From assembly GCF_009834535.1 (NCBI RefSeq), contig NC_045696.1:102922001-102986000 (forward strand): a DNA stretch of 64,000 nucleotides. The letters are read 5' to 3'. The notes under the pieces are model-generated. The model saw nothing but the letters and a program-made list of their open reading frames with translations, did no database searches and was not told where the DNA came from. Positions 24,788 through 37,504 of the stretch are shown here, in pieces. The DNA comes from Camelus ferus. Its lineage: Eukaryota. Position numbers and translations under genes: made by a program. How positions within the stretch are numbered: the first letter of the stretch is position 1; each line of letters begins with the position of its first letter.

Positions 24788-26914
24788 ATGACAGGTTTCT
24801 TTATGAAGTCTATTTCCTACTTTTATTATTGTTTTGAACTTCCAGTTTACAATAATTTCCTGAGATGTCACTATATTGCTGTTTTAAAATTACACAAGCT
24901 GCCTAGTTATCCTCTATTCTTAAATTCTAGAGGAGGAAAACATTCTAAAAGCTGATGTCTCCTAGAACTAAATTTTCTATTGTCCTTTTTGTTCCTTTAA
25001 ACTGTATTTCCATTTCCTTCATCAGATCATGGCCTTACTGATTTTGGCTAAACCTCTGCCTCTGGACCACTAACTCCTTCCAGAGTAGCAATTCTTGGTT
25101 CCTACTCTACCCTGAGAAGGGCCTCCTCTTTCTCCTGAGGCCTCTTCCTGCTGATCCCAGAACCTTCCTTCATGTCATTTCCTGTCCCTCCCCAAGCACA
25201 GCTCCAACTCCACCATGACTTTCTTCATTGCCCTCATTTCATTTCAGCACATGTTTATTGAGAAGCTGAGGCACTAGGTGTTGAACCAAGTGCTGGAGAC
25301 ACTCGGATGGTGACTAACACAGGGGCCTGGCTCTCCAAGAATTTACAGTCTAGGCAGGGAGTCAGTAAACCAGAGGTGACAGCAATGGCAAACACACGAT
25401 TCCCTCACCCTCTGCAGACGTCACTCACCAAGCACAGCTCTTACCCACTCAGCCTTGAGTTGCCTCAGGATCACCTTTTCAACATGGCCCCCCATTTCAA
25501 CATGGCCCCCGACATAGCCCCTCCCAGAGGGTCAGCTTTCAAGGTGAACTCAAATGCCACCTCCAGAGCCACACCACCAGCTGGAATGACATAAGCAGGA
25601 AAGGAAGAATCTTCTCACTGGCAGATTCAAGGAAGACTTTCTACAGGAGGTACCATTTGAGACCTTGAAAATGAACAGGTAGAGAGAGAATGATCTAAAT
25701 GCCAGCGGAGGCAGAAAATTCTTGGTGGTTTCCCCACAGAGCACTCGTTATGACAAAATGGAGTTTTTGACAAAGTATCTGTGTTGTATTACAGCATCTT
25801 GTCACCTTGTAATTTTTAATTACAGAAGAAATGTAAGATATGCCATTGCCTTCAAGAAACCTAAAAAATTTCAAGGGGATAAGATGATGCAATATATTAC
25901 ACCTACCTTAAAAACCCACTTTTAACTTCTTGGTGACAGTGATGGTGAGTGAGCCTATTGAAAATGTATCACTCCTTTGAAAATCTTTAACTTTCCTGTT
26001 AGGCTTTTTGCCTACTGGCAATTTCCATCTCTGACCTATGAAAAACAACTCCTGCCATTTCAAAGATGCCTGCGTGCTACATCTTATATTCAGAACAGAC
26101 CAACACTGGCCGGCGTGAAGACTCTTCCTTTTTCCATTCAAATAGGCCAAAATTCACTTTTTTGCACCTCAGAAAACAAATGATATTCTCCTCCAAGCCA
26201 TACTTTCTAAAGAGGAATTTTCTATGACTTGTAGGACTTTTGGCTTCATCTGTGTCCCCTTACCTACTGACAATAGAATCATTTAATCTACCTACCTGGT
26301 TATTGGTGCCAGGTAAGGTATTTTGATCATAAGCAAGAAAATTAAATCTGGTAAAATGTGCCCAAAAAGGACCTCACTGGAAGAGCACTGGGGGTTGGCT
26401 CAGAGAATCAAGAGAGGGCTAAGCAAGCAGGGTCTGGAAGGACAGGTGCCAAGAAGCTCTAGGGAGGCCCACAGTGGAAACCATGATGCTCCACTTTGGA
26501 ATGCCATCTCCAGATGCCTCAGCCACCTCCATCTGTGGATGGCAGCTTCATTCCCAGGATGGTGAGTCTAACTGGCAGAGCTCAAGCCACATGCCCATCC
26601 CTGTGGTCAGAGGGTACCAGGAAGACAAGATCTACATCTACTGAGAATCTCTTTGTCTTAGTGGTTCACTTGCCTTCTGCACATCTCTGTGTTTGCCTGA
26701 AGCAAAGACAAAGGTGTAAATCTGACTCCTAAGCAAATGCAGGTATTCCATCCTAATGGTCTTCTCCTGACCTGAGCTCATCACATCCAATTGAGAACAC
26801 CTGAAGTTCAGATAAACAAGACTCAAAAAATTGCCCCCAAGTTCCACACCCAAAACCATAATCCACAGCACCCTACAAAACGGCAGTCCAAACAAGGCAA
26901 GGGAGACCTGGGTG

Positions 26915-27115
26915 CTCACTACAGGCCAAGCACTGTTCTGAGCAGTACACCTATTGTCTCACTTAATCCTCATAGCAATACCACGAGGTTGGTAATATTA
27001 CAATCCCCATTTTACAGTTAAAGCAATTGAGGCCAAAAGCTTCACAGTCAGTGGCAGAGGTGGGATCCAAACCCAGGGAGTTGGCCGAGTCCAGGCCCTC
27101 AATTATATACTGCCT
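26915..27115 (-). mobile_element. MIR SINE fragment
   Basis: GCCAAGCACTGTTCTGAGC...CTTAATCCTCATAGCAA...ATCCCCATTTTACAG...GTGGCAGAGGTGGGATCCAAACCCAGG. Confidence 0.75.
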
Positions 27116-29689
27116 TCATAGCGGTGGTCTCCATCCATTCCCATCCACCCCCTTCCATCCCTGTAGCTCAAGTTAAACACCCTGTGGCCTTTTCTGTGAG
27201 AAGCTGCCCTAGAACCCTCCCTTCAGCACAGAACGGTTAGCGTGAAGTGTGGACACGGTGTGACCAGTCTTACTAGAAACTCAGGGAATGGGTGGAAGAG
27301 CTTGGATGAGCTTTGGGAAAATAATGTGAGTTATTTTACATCACATTTTTTTTCAGTCTCTGGAAAGGTACCTTGCTCCTATTTGCTATATATTATTCAA
27401 TCACGGGAAATTAAACATTAGGGAGAGAATTGCTTAGATTGTCAACTACCTAGGTTGCCAAACATCTCACTCAGAATGGCTGCCTCAATACCAACAGCGA
27501 AGTGCTGGTGGAGAACAGGAAGACGTGAGTCATTTCCAAGTGCTCTGGAATAACCCAGGCATTATGTCCCAGTTTATAACCCTCTCCCCCCAGTTCTAGC
27601 CAAGAATGTCGACATAAATGATTCACATCAACACAGAGATCCTGGTCCAACCTATGTCCAAGTGAGCAGTGAAGTCCTACCCAGAGTGGTGTTTCCATGC
27701 CAGGGTTTGAACTTTAACGTCCAAAGCACACACTGGTTGTGCTTTGAACACACTTAAAGTCTTCACATTTTATGCAGATAAACTAAAACAGTGTTTCCAG
27801 GAGTTGAATCTCTGAGGTACTTTATTTTATAACCTGCAGAATCCAACTCTGACATTTCCTTATTAACAAGCAAAAAAAGGAATTATCACATCTTTGTGTG
27901 TTTTTTTAAGAATCCATAGAAATAATCCTAAATTTCTATAAATTATGGATACAATCATTAGTACAGACAAGAGATTTTTAAAAAAGAAGGAAAAAAGTGA
28001 AGATTCACATTTAATCATTCCTGTAGGACAGTTTAAAAAATTTTTGAAAAATGAAGGGGATAAACCTTGAAGTACTACTAGAATAAATTCAAATTGTTAT
28101 CTAACGAAATACCCCTATGACCAATCCAACCCATACCATCAGGAGTCACCGTTGACCACACTACATGCTCCAGTCAATCATACTGAGCTGCACATCAGTG
28201 GGTCCCCTACATGTTAGTTCTTCCTTAATACCAATCTTCCATGTCCTTTGCCTAGGATTCCCTTCATCCTTTCCTCACCCTGTAAAATCCTAGTAATCAT
28301 TTCATCCTGGTCAAATGCCATTCCCCCGTGGAGCCTTCTGCACCGAGCAGCTGCGTCACTCAGTAATGCCAAAGAAAATCATTCAACACTCTGGTTAGTT
28401 CCATTTTGCACGCTGCATTTTCTGTCCATCTTACATCCATCAAGGATTATGCATTTGGGATGTAAGAAGCAACTTTTTTCAGATCATCCCTGAAACTGAC
28501 TGTTCAACACATTCCTTACCCACAGTTGGTGCTGAATGAAAATTTTCTGTATGACAAGTCTAGCAAATCATTCCAATCCTACCAAAATAAACTTGGGAAT
28601 CATCTGTTCAGTGTAGTTTTTCTCTCCTAGCCTCAGAGAAGTGAACTGGACTCATCTACCCACTGTTCACTTACCTCCTCTTGAACAATTGCCATCACAA
28701 ATACCATTGGCCCAGTCTTTTATTTTTCTGGCCTTGTATTGTTTCCTGTCTCTGACACACCATGTCTGCAATCACACTCCCTTCACCTTCCTGGTTCTAT
28801 AAAACTCTCCCAGCTGATTTTAACCAATACCTTAAACCATTTTTAATGAGCAGTTTGTAGCAGACATGGCTTTTCTAGGTTTCTTTGGGCACTGGAAATA
28901 TATGAAGAAAGAGTAAAATAAAATGACTATCAATTCAATTAAATTAAGTAAATAGTTTGTGACTACTCAGTGTTCAACAATATGTTAAGCAACAGAGGAG
29001 ATATAAAAGAAATATTAGATGTATTCTCTGTACTCAAAAAGCTTAAATGCATTCACTTATTCATTCAGCCCATGTTTACTGAGAGTCAGCTACGCACTTA
29101 GCCCAGTGCTAAGCACTGGGAAGAGCATCAGGACACTGAATCCTGGCCTGGGCATTTCAGGAGTCCACACACTAGTTAAGGGGGATGTAAAAAACACAAA
29201 TAGAAAATTAAATAGCAGCGTTAGTGTTAGGCATGTAATCAGTAACATTCAGCAGAAAAGATGTGAAAAGACTATAAATGAGGTTGAGATAATTTTTCAG
29301 ATGTTACAAGAGATGTCATTGGGTAGATAGTGTGGTCTGCACACAAAGAATTCAGAGAGGAGGGAGAGGCTTTTGTATACCCAATGATCCAGAAAATGTT
29401 CCAGGGAGAAGTGGGAACTGGGGAGACTATATGTTATCTCAAGTACAACAGGGTGAAATTGCAAAATAGCACGTTTCTGTTTCACAACCCCCACACCCCC
29501 TAGCCTCCACCATTCCACTACTCCACCAAGTTGACTTGAAGGGGACTCAGGGTCTTAATGAAGGGACACCACATGGACCACAGACCAAGTGGGAATTCAG
29601 ACACTTCAGTAGATGTCAGCAGGGAGGGACAAGCACACCCGGGAACTAAGCAGGAACCAAAGTCTCAGCAGAAGCCAGTGTCAGAGACA

Positions 29690-32625
29690 GTATTATCTCC
29701 TATGTGTCTCGAGGAGTTTGTATAGAATTGCTATTATTTGTTCCTTAAATATTCATTAGAAGCCATCTAAGCGTGGAATTTTCTTTGTGGACAGGTTTTT
29801 AACTACAAATTCAATTTCTTCAATAGATACAGGGGCTACTCATGTTACCAATTTCATCTTGAGTAAGCTTTGGAACTTGTTTCATCTAAGTCATCAAATG
29901 TATTGGTATGAAGTTGTTCAAAGTATCTCCTTACATTCCTTTTAATATCTGTAGAGTCTACAGTGATGTCACCTCTCTCATTCTTCACATGTACGTTGTC
30001 TTTGTTTTTCTCTGATCAGTCTGGGTAGATGGTGACCAGTTTTACTGATCACCTCAAAGACTAGCTTTTGGTTTCAGTGATTGTCCTCTATTGTTTTTCT
30101 GTTTTCTGTCTTGTTGATTGGAGCGCTGATGATTATTATTTTCTTTATTCTGCTCTTAGGCTTATTTTACTCTTTTTTCTAGCTTCTTAAGGAGGAAAGT
30201 AAAGTCATTGATTTGAGACATTTCTTTTCAAGTAAATTGCATTAAGTTGTCATTTAGTGCAGTAAGTTCCCCCTAAATACTGCTTTAGTGGCATCCCACA
30301 CACTTTGATATGTTGTATTTTCATTCAGCTCAAAATACTTAATCTCCTTTGAACTTCTTCTTTCATCCCTCGGTTATTAAGATGTGTGTTGTAAGAAGAA
30401 CTTGGTTTCCAAATATTCATGGATTTCTCTAATTTATTTCTAATTTAATTCCATTGTGGTGAAAGAACATGCTTTATTTGACTTGAATCCTTTCAAATTT
30501 ATTGAGACTTATTTTATGGCCCAGCATTTGATCTAGCTTGGTAAATATTCTGCGTGCACTTTAAAAGAAAGTATATTCTGCTGCTGTTGGGTATAGTGAC
30601 CTATAAATATTAATAGTCAAGCTTGATGATAATGTTAAGTCTTCTATATTTCTGCTGAATTTCTGCCTACTGCTTCTATTCAACTGCAGTCTTCAATTGT
30701 AATTACGGATCTATTTCTCACTGCAGTTCTATCAAGTTTTCCTTCATTTATTTTAAAGATCTGCTATTTGGTACATAAATATGAACTAACAATCTTTATC
30801 ATTATGAAATGACTTTCTTTATCCCCAAAATAGTCTTTGCTCTGAAATCTACTTTCCTTAATGTTAACATAGCTAGAGTTCAACTCTCTTTTGATTAGCG
30901 TTACCATGGTATATCTTTTTCAACCCCGTTACTTTTAACCTGTCTATGTCTTTGTATTTGATGTGTGTTTCTTTAAGGCAAATACAAAGGTGGGCCTTGT
31001 GTTTTTACTCAATCTACCTCTGCTTTCTATGGGATTTTTATTTTATTTTATTTTTTAAATTTTTTTTGGGGGGGGGTAATTAGGTTTACTTAATTATTTT
31101 TAGAGGAGGTGCTGGGGGTTGAACCCAGGACCTTGTGTATGCTAAGCATGCACTCTACCACTTGAGCTATACCCTCCCTCCCCCTACCCATCTCTGCTTT
31201 TTAATTAGGGCATTTCATGTGATTATTGGTATGATTAGTTTTAAGTCTCTCATCTTGCTACTGTCCCATCTGTTCTTTGTTTCCTCTCTGCCTTTTTCTG
31301 TCTTCTTTCGCATTACTCAAAGACTTAAAATTCCATTTTACCTCCTTTCTTGGCTTATTAGGTTTAACTTTCTGTTATTTGAGTAGTTGTTTTAGGATTC
31401 ATACTATACATCTTTAGCTTAACACAGCTTATCTTTAAGTGATATTACACCATTTCACATATAGCATAAGGATATTACAATGATACACTTCCATTTTCTC
31501 CCTCCTGTCCTTTATGCTTTTTTATGCTTCATACATTTTACATGTCATAAACTCCATTTTATTATTTCTATTTAAATAATTACCTTTTAAAATATTTTAA
31601 AAGTAAAACAAAACTTACATGTTTACCTACATAATAGCAGGTGCTCTTCACTCCTTTGATAGCTCTTTATTTCCATATAGTATTTTCTTTCTGCCTAAAG
31701 GACTTTCTGTAACCTTTCTGACAGTGTGGATCTACTGGTAATGAATTTTTTTTCACTTTTTACATGTGTGAAAAGTCTGGTTCATACTTGTTTTGGAAAT
31801 TTATTTTTAAGTGCAAAATCCTAGGTTAGCAGCTTTTCTTTCAGTACTTTAATGACGGTCCACTGCTGTCTCAGGTGCATTGTTTTAAACAAGAAATTTA
31901 CATCATCTTTTTCTGTCTTCTGTATGTAATATACCTTTTTTCTTTGGCTTCTTTTAAGGTTTTTATCACTGCTTTTGAGCAATTTATTTACAATGTGCTT
32001 TGATGTAATTTTCCTCATGTATCCTTTGCTTGAGTTAATTGAGCTTTCAGGATTTATAAGTTTATACTTTTCTTCAAATATGGAAATTTTTTTAACTATG
32101 ACTTTTTCAAACATTTTTTCTGTTCCCCCTTCCTCCTTCAGGGACTCTAAGTATATATATATTAGATGATTTGAAGTTGTCCCACAGATCACTGATGATA
32201 TTTTAAATTTTTTTGTAATTCCTTTCTCTATCTGTTTCATTCTGCATAGTTTTTATTGCTGTGGCTTAAAGGTCACTATTTTCTTCTACAATGTCTAATC
32301 TGCCATTAAACCAATCTACTGTATTGTTCATCTCAGATATTTTAGTTTTTACCTCTAGAAATCTAATTTGAGTCTTTTAAAATATTCCCCATATCTCCAT
32401 ATGGAATACAGTGGTAATAATTCTTTTAATGTCATTGTCTGATAATTACAATATCAGTTTCTAGTGTCTGTTTTCTAGTATCAGTTTCTAGGTCATTTTT
32501 GGTTGATAGATTTCTTCTCTCATTACAGGTCATATTTTCCTGCTTCTTTGCGTGCCTCGTAATTTTTGATTGGATGACAGACACTGTAAAGTTTACTCTG
32601 TTGGGTAATTGATATTTTTACATTC
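29690..32625 (-). mobile_element. Ancient LINE-1 (L1M-type) body with ORF1 and ORF2 remnants
   Basis: T-rich antisense L1 motifs. ORF 31821..32240 (EKMFEKVI...KITSKHIVNKLLKSSDK...QQWTVIKVLKEK) resembles degraded L1 ORF1p and lies upstream (minus-strand order) of ORF2-like sequence at about 29700-30900. Confidence 0.8.
31035..31184 (-). mobile_element. vic-1-type SINE nested in the ancient L1
   Basis: Reverse complement GGGTATAGCTCAAGTGGTAGAGTGCATGCTTAGCATACACAAGGTCCTGGGTTCAACCCCCAGC. Imperfect flanking repeat CTCTGCTTT. Confidence 0.92.
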
Positions 32626-33810
32626 CTTTTTTTTTTTACAGTGGTAAAAAGGATATAACAAATTTACCATCTTAACCACTTGCAAGTTTAAAGTTCAGTA
32701 GTGTTAAGTATATCCATATTGTTGTGCAACTGATCTCTAGACTTTTTTCATCTTGCAAAACTGAACCTCTATATTCAGGAAACAGTAGTTCATCATTCCC
32801 CCAAGCCTTGGCAACCACCTTTCTACTTCCTGTTTCTATGGTTTTTGATTAATTTAAATACTTCATATGAGTGTAGTAATATAGTATTTGTCCTTCTTTG
32901 ACTGGCTTATTTCACTTAGCATAATGCCCCTGAGGTTCATCCATGTTGTAGCACGTGACAGGATTTCCTTCTTTTTTAAGATGCGTATTATTTCATTGTA
33001 TCTTTATGCCACATAGTCTTTATCCATTCATCTGCTGATGGACATCTGGATTGCTTCCACCTTTTGGCTACTGTGAATAATGTGGCAATGAACATGGGTA
33101 TGCAAATACATCTTTTTGAGATATTGCTTTGAATTATTTTCTAGATATACCCAGAAGTAGGATTTCTGGATCATATGATAATTCTATTTTTTATTTTTTG
33201 AGGAAATATACTTTTTTCCATAATGGCTGTGGCATTTTACATTCCCACCAGCAGTACACAGGGTTCAATTTCACTATGTCCATGCCAACATTTGTTATTT
33301 TCTGTTTCTTTGATATTAGCCATCCAAATATATCTCACTGTGGGTTTGACTTGAATTTCTCTTATGATTAGTGATGTTGAGCATCTCTTCATATGCTTAT
33401 TGCCCATATATATACATATATTCTTTGCAGAATTGTTGATGGAAGTCCTTTGCCCATTCTTACTGGGTTACAGGCACACCTCATTTTATTGTGCTTTGCT
33501 TTTTTGTACTTCAGAGATATTGGGTTTTTCACGAATTGAAGGTTTGTGGCATCCCTGCATTATCAGGTGATGGTTAGCAATGTTAGCAATGAAGTTTTTT
33601 TTTAAATTAATTGTATCTTTTTGGACGTAATGCTATTGCACACTTAATAAACTATAGTACAGTATAAGCATAACTTTTATATGCATTGAGAAACCAGAAG
33701 ATTCATGTGACTTGGTTTACTGCAATATTTGCCCCTTGTGGTGGTCTGGAACCAGACCCATAATATCTTCGAGGTATGCTTGTACTTTTTTGTGGTTGAG
33801 TTGCAGAAGT
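32626..33810 (-). mobile_element. LINE-1 (L1MA/MB-like) 3' portion, interrupted by a Tigger1 derivative
   Basis: T-tail at about 32626; AAATTTACCATCTTAACCA, GACTGGCTTATTTCACTTAGCATAATG, GATGTTGAGCATCT. L1 sequence resumes after 33784 (GTTGAGTTGCAGAAGTTC). Confidence 0.85.
33471..33782 (+). mobile_element. Internally deleted Tigger1-derived MITE (TcMar-Tigger), 312 bp
   Basis: Terminal inverted repeats CAGGCACACCTC... / ...GAGGTATGCTTG. TA target-site duplication at 33469-33470 and 33783-33784. Tigger1 subterminal motifs AATTGAAGGTTTGTGGCA and GTGGTCTGGAACC. Confidence 0.9.
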
Positions 33811-36800
33811 TCCCTATATACATATATACATACTGTGGTTCTTCTTTCCATAAAGCATTTTACTTAACCATTGTCTCCATTTGGTTTTTAGAAAATAGAG
33901 CGGAAAGTCTGTTTTTAAAGCAAATTATGCAGCAACTCCCCTAAGTTAATGTTTCAATTTAGGAACATAGAGGAAAAGCTTAAGAGTGTTAGGATTTGTT
34001 CTTAAGCTTAAAAGAGCATCTGGAATGCAAGGCTAAATGATGAATGGGGGTTATAACAGCAGACCTGCCTGGACACAGGAATGACCAAACATGGTATTAA
34101 TAGGACAGTTTTTTTTTTTTTTTTACAGTTCATATTATCTACATATGAAAAGAATCTACTGTGTGGTTGATATAAATAATCTCTAATCCTTAAAAAAAAA
34201 CAAACCATAGTGGTTACATCTATTTTTACTGATAAAGAAACTCAAGTTCACTAAGGTTAAGTAACTTGCCCAATACCACCCAGCTGGTGAGCACTAGAGT
34301 CATATAATTCAAACAGTGTCAAGGTCCATGTTTCCACTACTCCATATAAGGCTGGGCCCAGGAAGGTACTCTGGACCTGGTCCAAGGAAGTTTAATCATT
34401 CTGCTGACAGAATTCTGCTACCCAACTTCTGCAATCTTACAAAATTTTACTTAAATCAATTTCAGTATCTCAAAATAACTTTAATTGGCTGATCCAGTGT
34501 TTTTTGTTTGTGAGTTTTAATGTGATGGGCTTTTCCTGTAAGTCTGTTTATTCAGTTAGTATAAGCGTCCCAGGCAAATTCCCTAGAGATTTTATTCTTT
34601 GCTAGTAATAATGACCTAAACTTTGTGAAAGAAAAAATAAGTATGAAACTGATTCTTCATAGCGGCCTAAAACCAAAGATTAAGGAAGACCACCATGATA
34701 TAAGGAACATGAGCCATCATCAAAAGAAGTCTCACACTTACGTGCTTCCTAACTTATAAAGCCCTTTCACATATATTACGACATTCAACTCTCACGTCAA
34801 TCCAGTGAGTTAATCAGAACTGAAAATAAGAATTATATTATATATATACATACACATATACACACACACACAATAATAGTATGATCTGTTTCCTCATATT
34901 ATTTTATTCCCATTTTACATATGAGGAAATAGACTCACAGAGGTCAGGCTACACAGCCTAGATCATCTGCTGGTAAGTGTCAAAGCTGGTACTATTTTCA
35001 GTGTGCCTGAGTCCTAATCCCATGTTCCTTTCAATAAACCACATCTTGAATGCCCAAAACCAATAAAGACATGAACTAGGTTGTCAAGGAAACCAAAGAA
35101 TCATCTTTCCACAAGACATTCAAAGAAGAGATCTGAGCCTCTTTTACGTAAACATTGAAATTAGATGACTTAGCACAGAGGTTTGTAGAACAGTTCTGTA
35201 TGTAGTTCTTTTTACTCTCTCAATTCTAATTTAACCCCCAATTCTCCCTTTTTTTTCTAAGAAGTAAAATATTTACTTATTATCACGTTTTTATTTACTA
35301 TTACAATATTTACTTATTATCAACAAGAATTATCACTCATAAGCAAGATAGTGTCAGGAGTACATAAGTTAGTAGGAATAAAGCATAGCATTTTCAGGGA
35401 TATGGTGTTAAGTACTGCTAATTTCCTGGTTTTCATAGCAAGGTCACAAAATGCTGTGCAGAGCTGAAAACATACAAAAGTGATGAAAATCAGGTTAGAA
35501 AGTAAACAAATTAAGACAAATAGGTTATACTTGAAATACCTGCATTTTCCCTATGGCGTTGATTCTTAAAGGTCTTCAGATGTTTAGCCTTTTTAATAAA
35601 AAGCTATGGGCCCTCCGCCCAGAAAGGTGCCCACAAATCTGAATTTTGCATATGATTTCAGGGACTTTGTAGCTGCATACTCCACCCTCAGGCTCGTTCG
35701 TGGAGTCTACAGGCTCCAGGTTAAAAACTCTACTAGCCCCAGGTTTTCCCAAAATGCTCCCTTGGGAAGAAAACATTTTAAAATAACTTCTGGGAGAACA
35801 TGTTCTCAACAGCATTCTTCAACATTTTCTGGGAAAAACAGTCAGTTAATCAGCAAAGCTTGCTGGTATAAAACTTAGGGATAAATGTGTCTCATGAAAG
35901 GCAAACACATTCACATATCTATGATTCACATCTACTGATCAAAATGTACGGATAGCATTATATGTGGGGGTGAGTAAAAAGAGAAAGCAAGTATTTCAAA
36001 CACGGGTCTGACAAAGATTTTCCTGAGGGGGTAAATGTTTACTCTGGGTGGGCCCTGAGAAGTAAGGACACTTAAAGGTGTGCTGTGGGTGTGACAGATA
36101 CTTCTAAAATCTTGGCTTGGAAAGCAAATCCTAGTATGTGACTCATTTCTGAAAAGTATTCCTTATAGAAACAACTTCTAAGCAGTGTATTAGTAACTTA
36201 TGGGGATGAGTTACTAGGGACATACCTGTCTTAAAAAAAAAATAGTAAACTAAATGGGAATCTCAGATAAAAACCTTAAAAATCATCTAGTTCAACCCCC
36301 TCTCTTTACAGATGAGAAAACTGAGGCCACACCCTTGGCTCCTCAGAAGACAAGAGTCACCAAGAATAATGGTCTCCACCAGAGTGCAGGAAGTAAATAT
36401 TAGGAAGAAATATTAGGAAATGAAGTAAGATTCACAAATATTTAACATACATATTTTTCACTAGCATCCTAAATCTGTCCTTACAATGGACAATCTCATG
36501 TCACAAACAGTTTAAGGGATACCCCAGGAAAGGAGTGGACTTTCCACAAAGTAGGAGCTGGACAGAGCGACGTCACTCCTTTGATCACTGTCAGCACATC
36601 TGACAACCTGCCGTTTAGGATGCCTGGTTGAGGAGATAACAGACTGTACAACCAAGCAGATCTCAAGCGCATCTTTGCTAAATGGGCACGTAGCTTTAAA
36701 TGATGCCTGCAAAGTAACTGGGTCTTGGAAATACACCGATCATATAAGCATAAGAAAATGGAGGAGCTGACACCTCTGCTCCTAGTATGTCTTCACCAGT

Positions 36801-37366
36801 TACTTTAAAAAATAAAACAGAGGCACATGTGACAAGCTGGACAAACAAATCAAAACTATCAAGCCTATGTAAAATACAGCTTCACACCGTCATTGACAGT
36901 AAACAGTGACCTGTGTATATGCTGTACCAAGAGATATTAGTTAAGGGTACTACAAAACCCTTCTAATTAACAAAACATTTTCTAATCACCTTATTCTTTC
37001 AAATTTATTTTTATATAGGCTCCAGTATCTATAACATATATATTAAGTAGCACTTGACTATAATAATAAATTAAAAATAGATACCTTGGAAGTGTTGAGT
37101 ACACAAAACACACAAAGCTTTTTTACCGATGGGAGGACAATGAAAAAAACCTCAAGGCCACCGCTCCCAGGAGAAACAGCTCAGCTTCCCGGCTCAGCTG
37201 GAACAAGTAAAGGGATAAGTCTTTCCACTGTTTGCCACTTTGGTTAATGACAGCTTCTCTCTTATCCTAAAGGACTGGGAACTGGGTTGAAAACATTTGG
37301 AAGGAAAGAGAAAGAAGGAAACCTAAAAACCTTAATTCCAAAGAATACAGTCAGAGAAGGCCAGTA

Positions 37367-37504
37367 TGGGGGAAGGTATAGCTGAAGTGATAAAGCACAT
37401 GCTTTGTGCGCAGGAGGTCCTGGTTTCACTCCCCAGTACCTCCACTTAAAAATAAATAAATAAACCTAGTTACCTCCCTCCCCCTACCAAAAAAAATCTA
37501 AAAG
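37367..37504 (+). mobile_element. vic-1-type SINE (diverged)
   Basis: tRNA-Ala-like head and AAACCTAGTTACCTCCC tail. TSD AAGGCCAGTA at 37357-37366 and 37507-37516. Confidence 0.9.

Noticed and set aside
31821..32240. 139-aa Lys-rich ORF
   Set aside because: Degraded LINE-1 ORF1 remnant within an ancient L1, not a host gene.
2643..36420. Short tandem duplications (2643-2677, about 10041-10063, 24246-24284, 25477-25510, 36396-36419)
   Set aside because: Two-copy slippage duplications of roughly 11-23 bp are common in mammalian introns. There is no array or spacer structure, so they are not CRISPR-like.
36530..36580. TGGACTTTCC (NF-kB/HNF4-like) and GACGTCA (CRE-like) pair
   Set aside because: Both are imperfect short motifs with no independent support.
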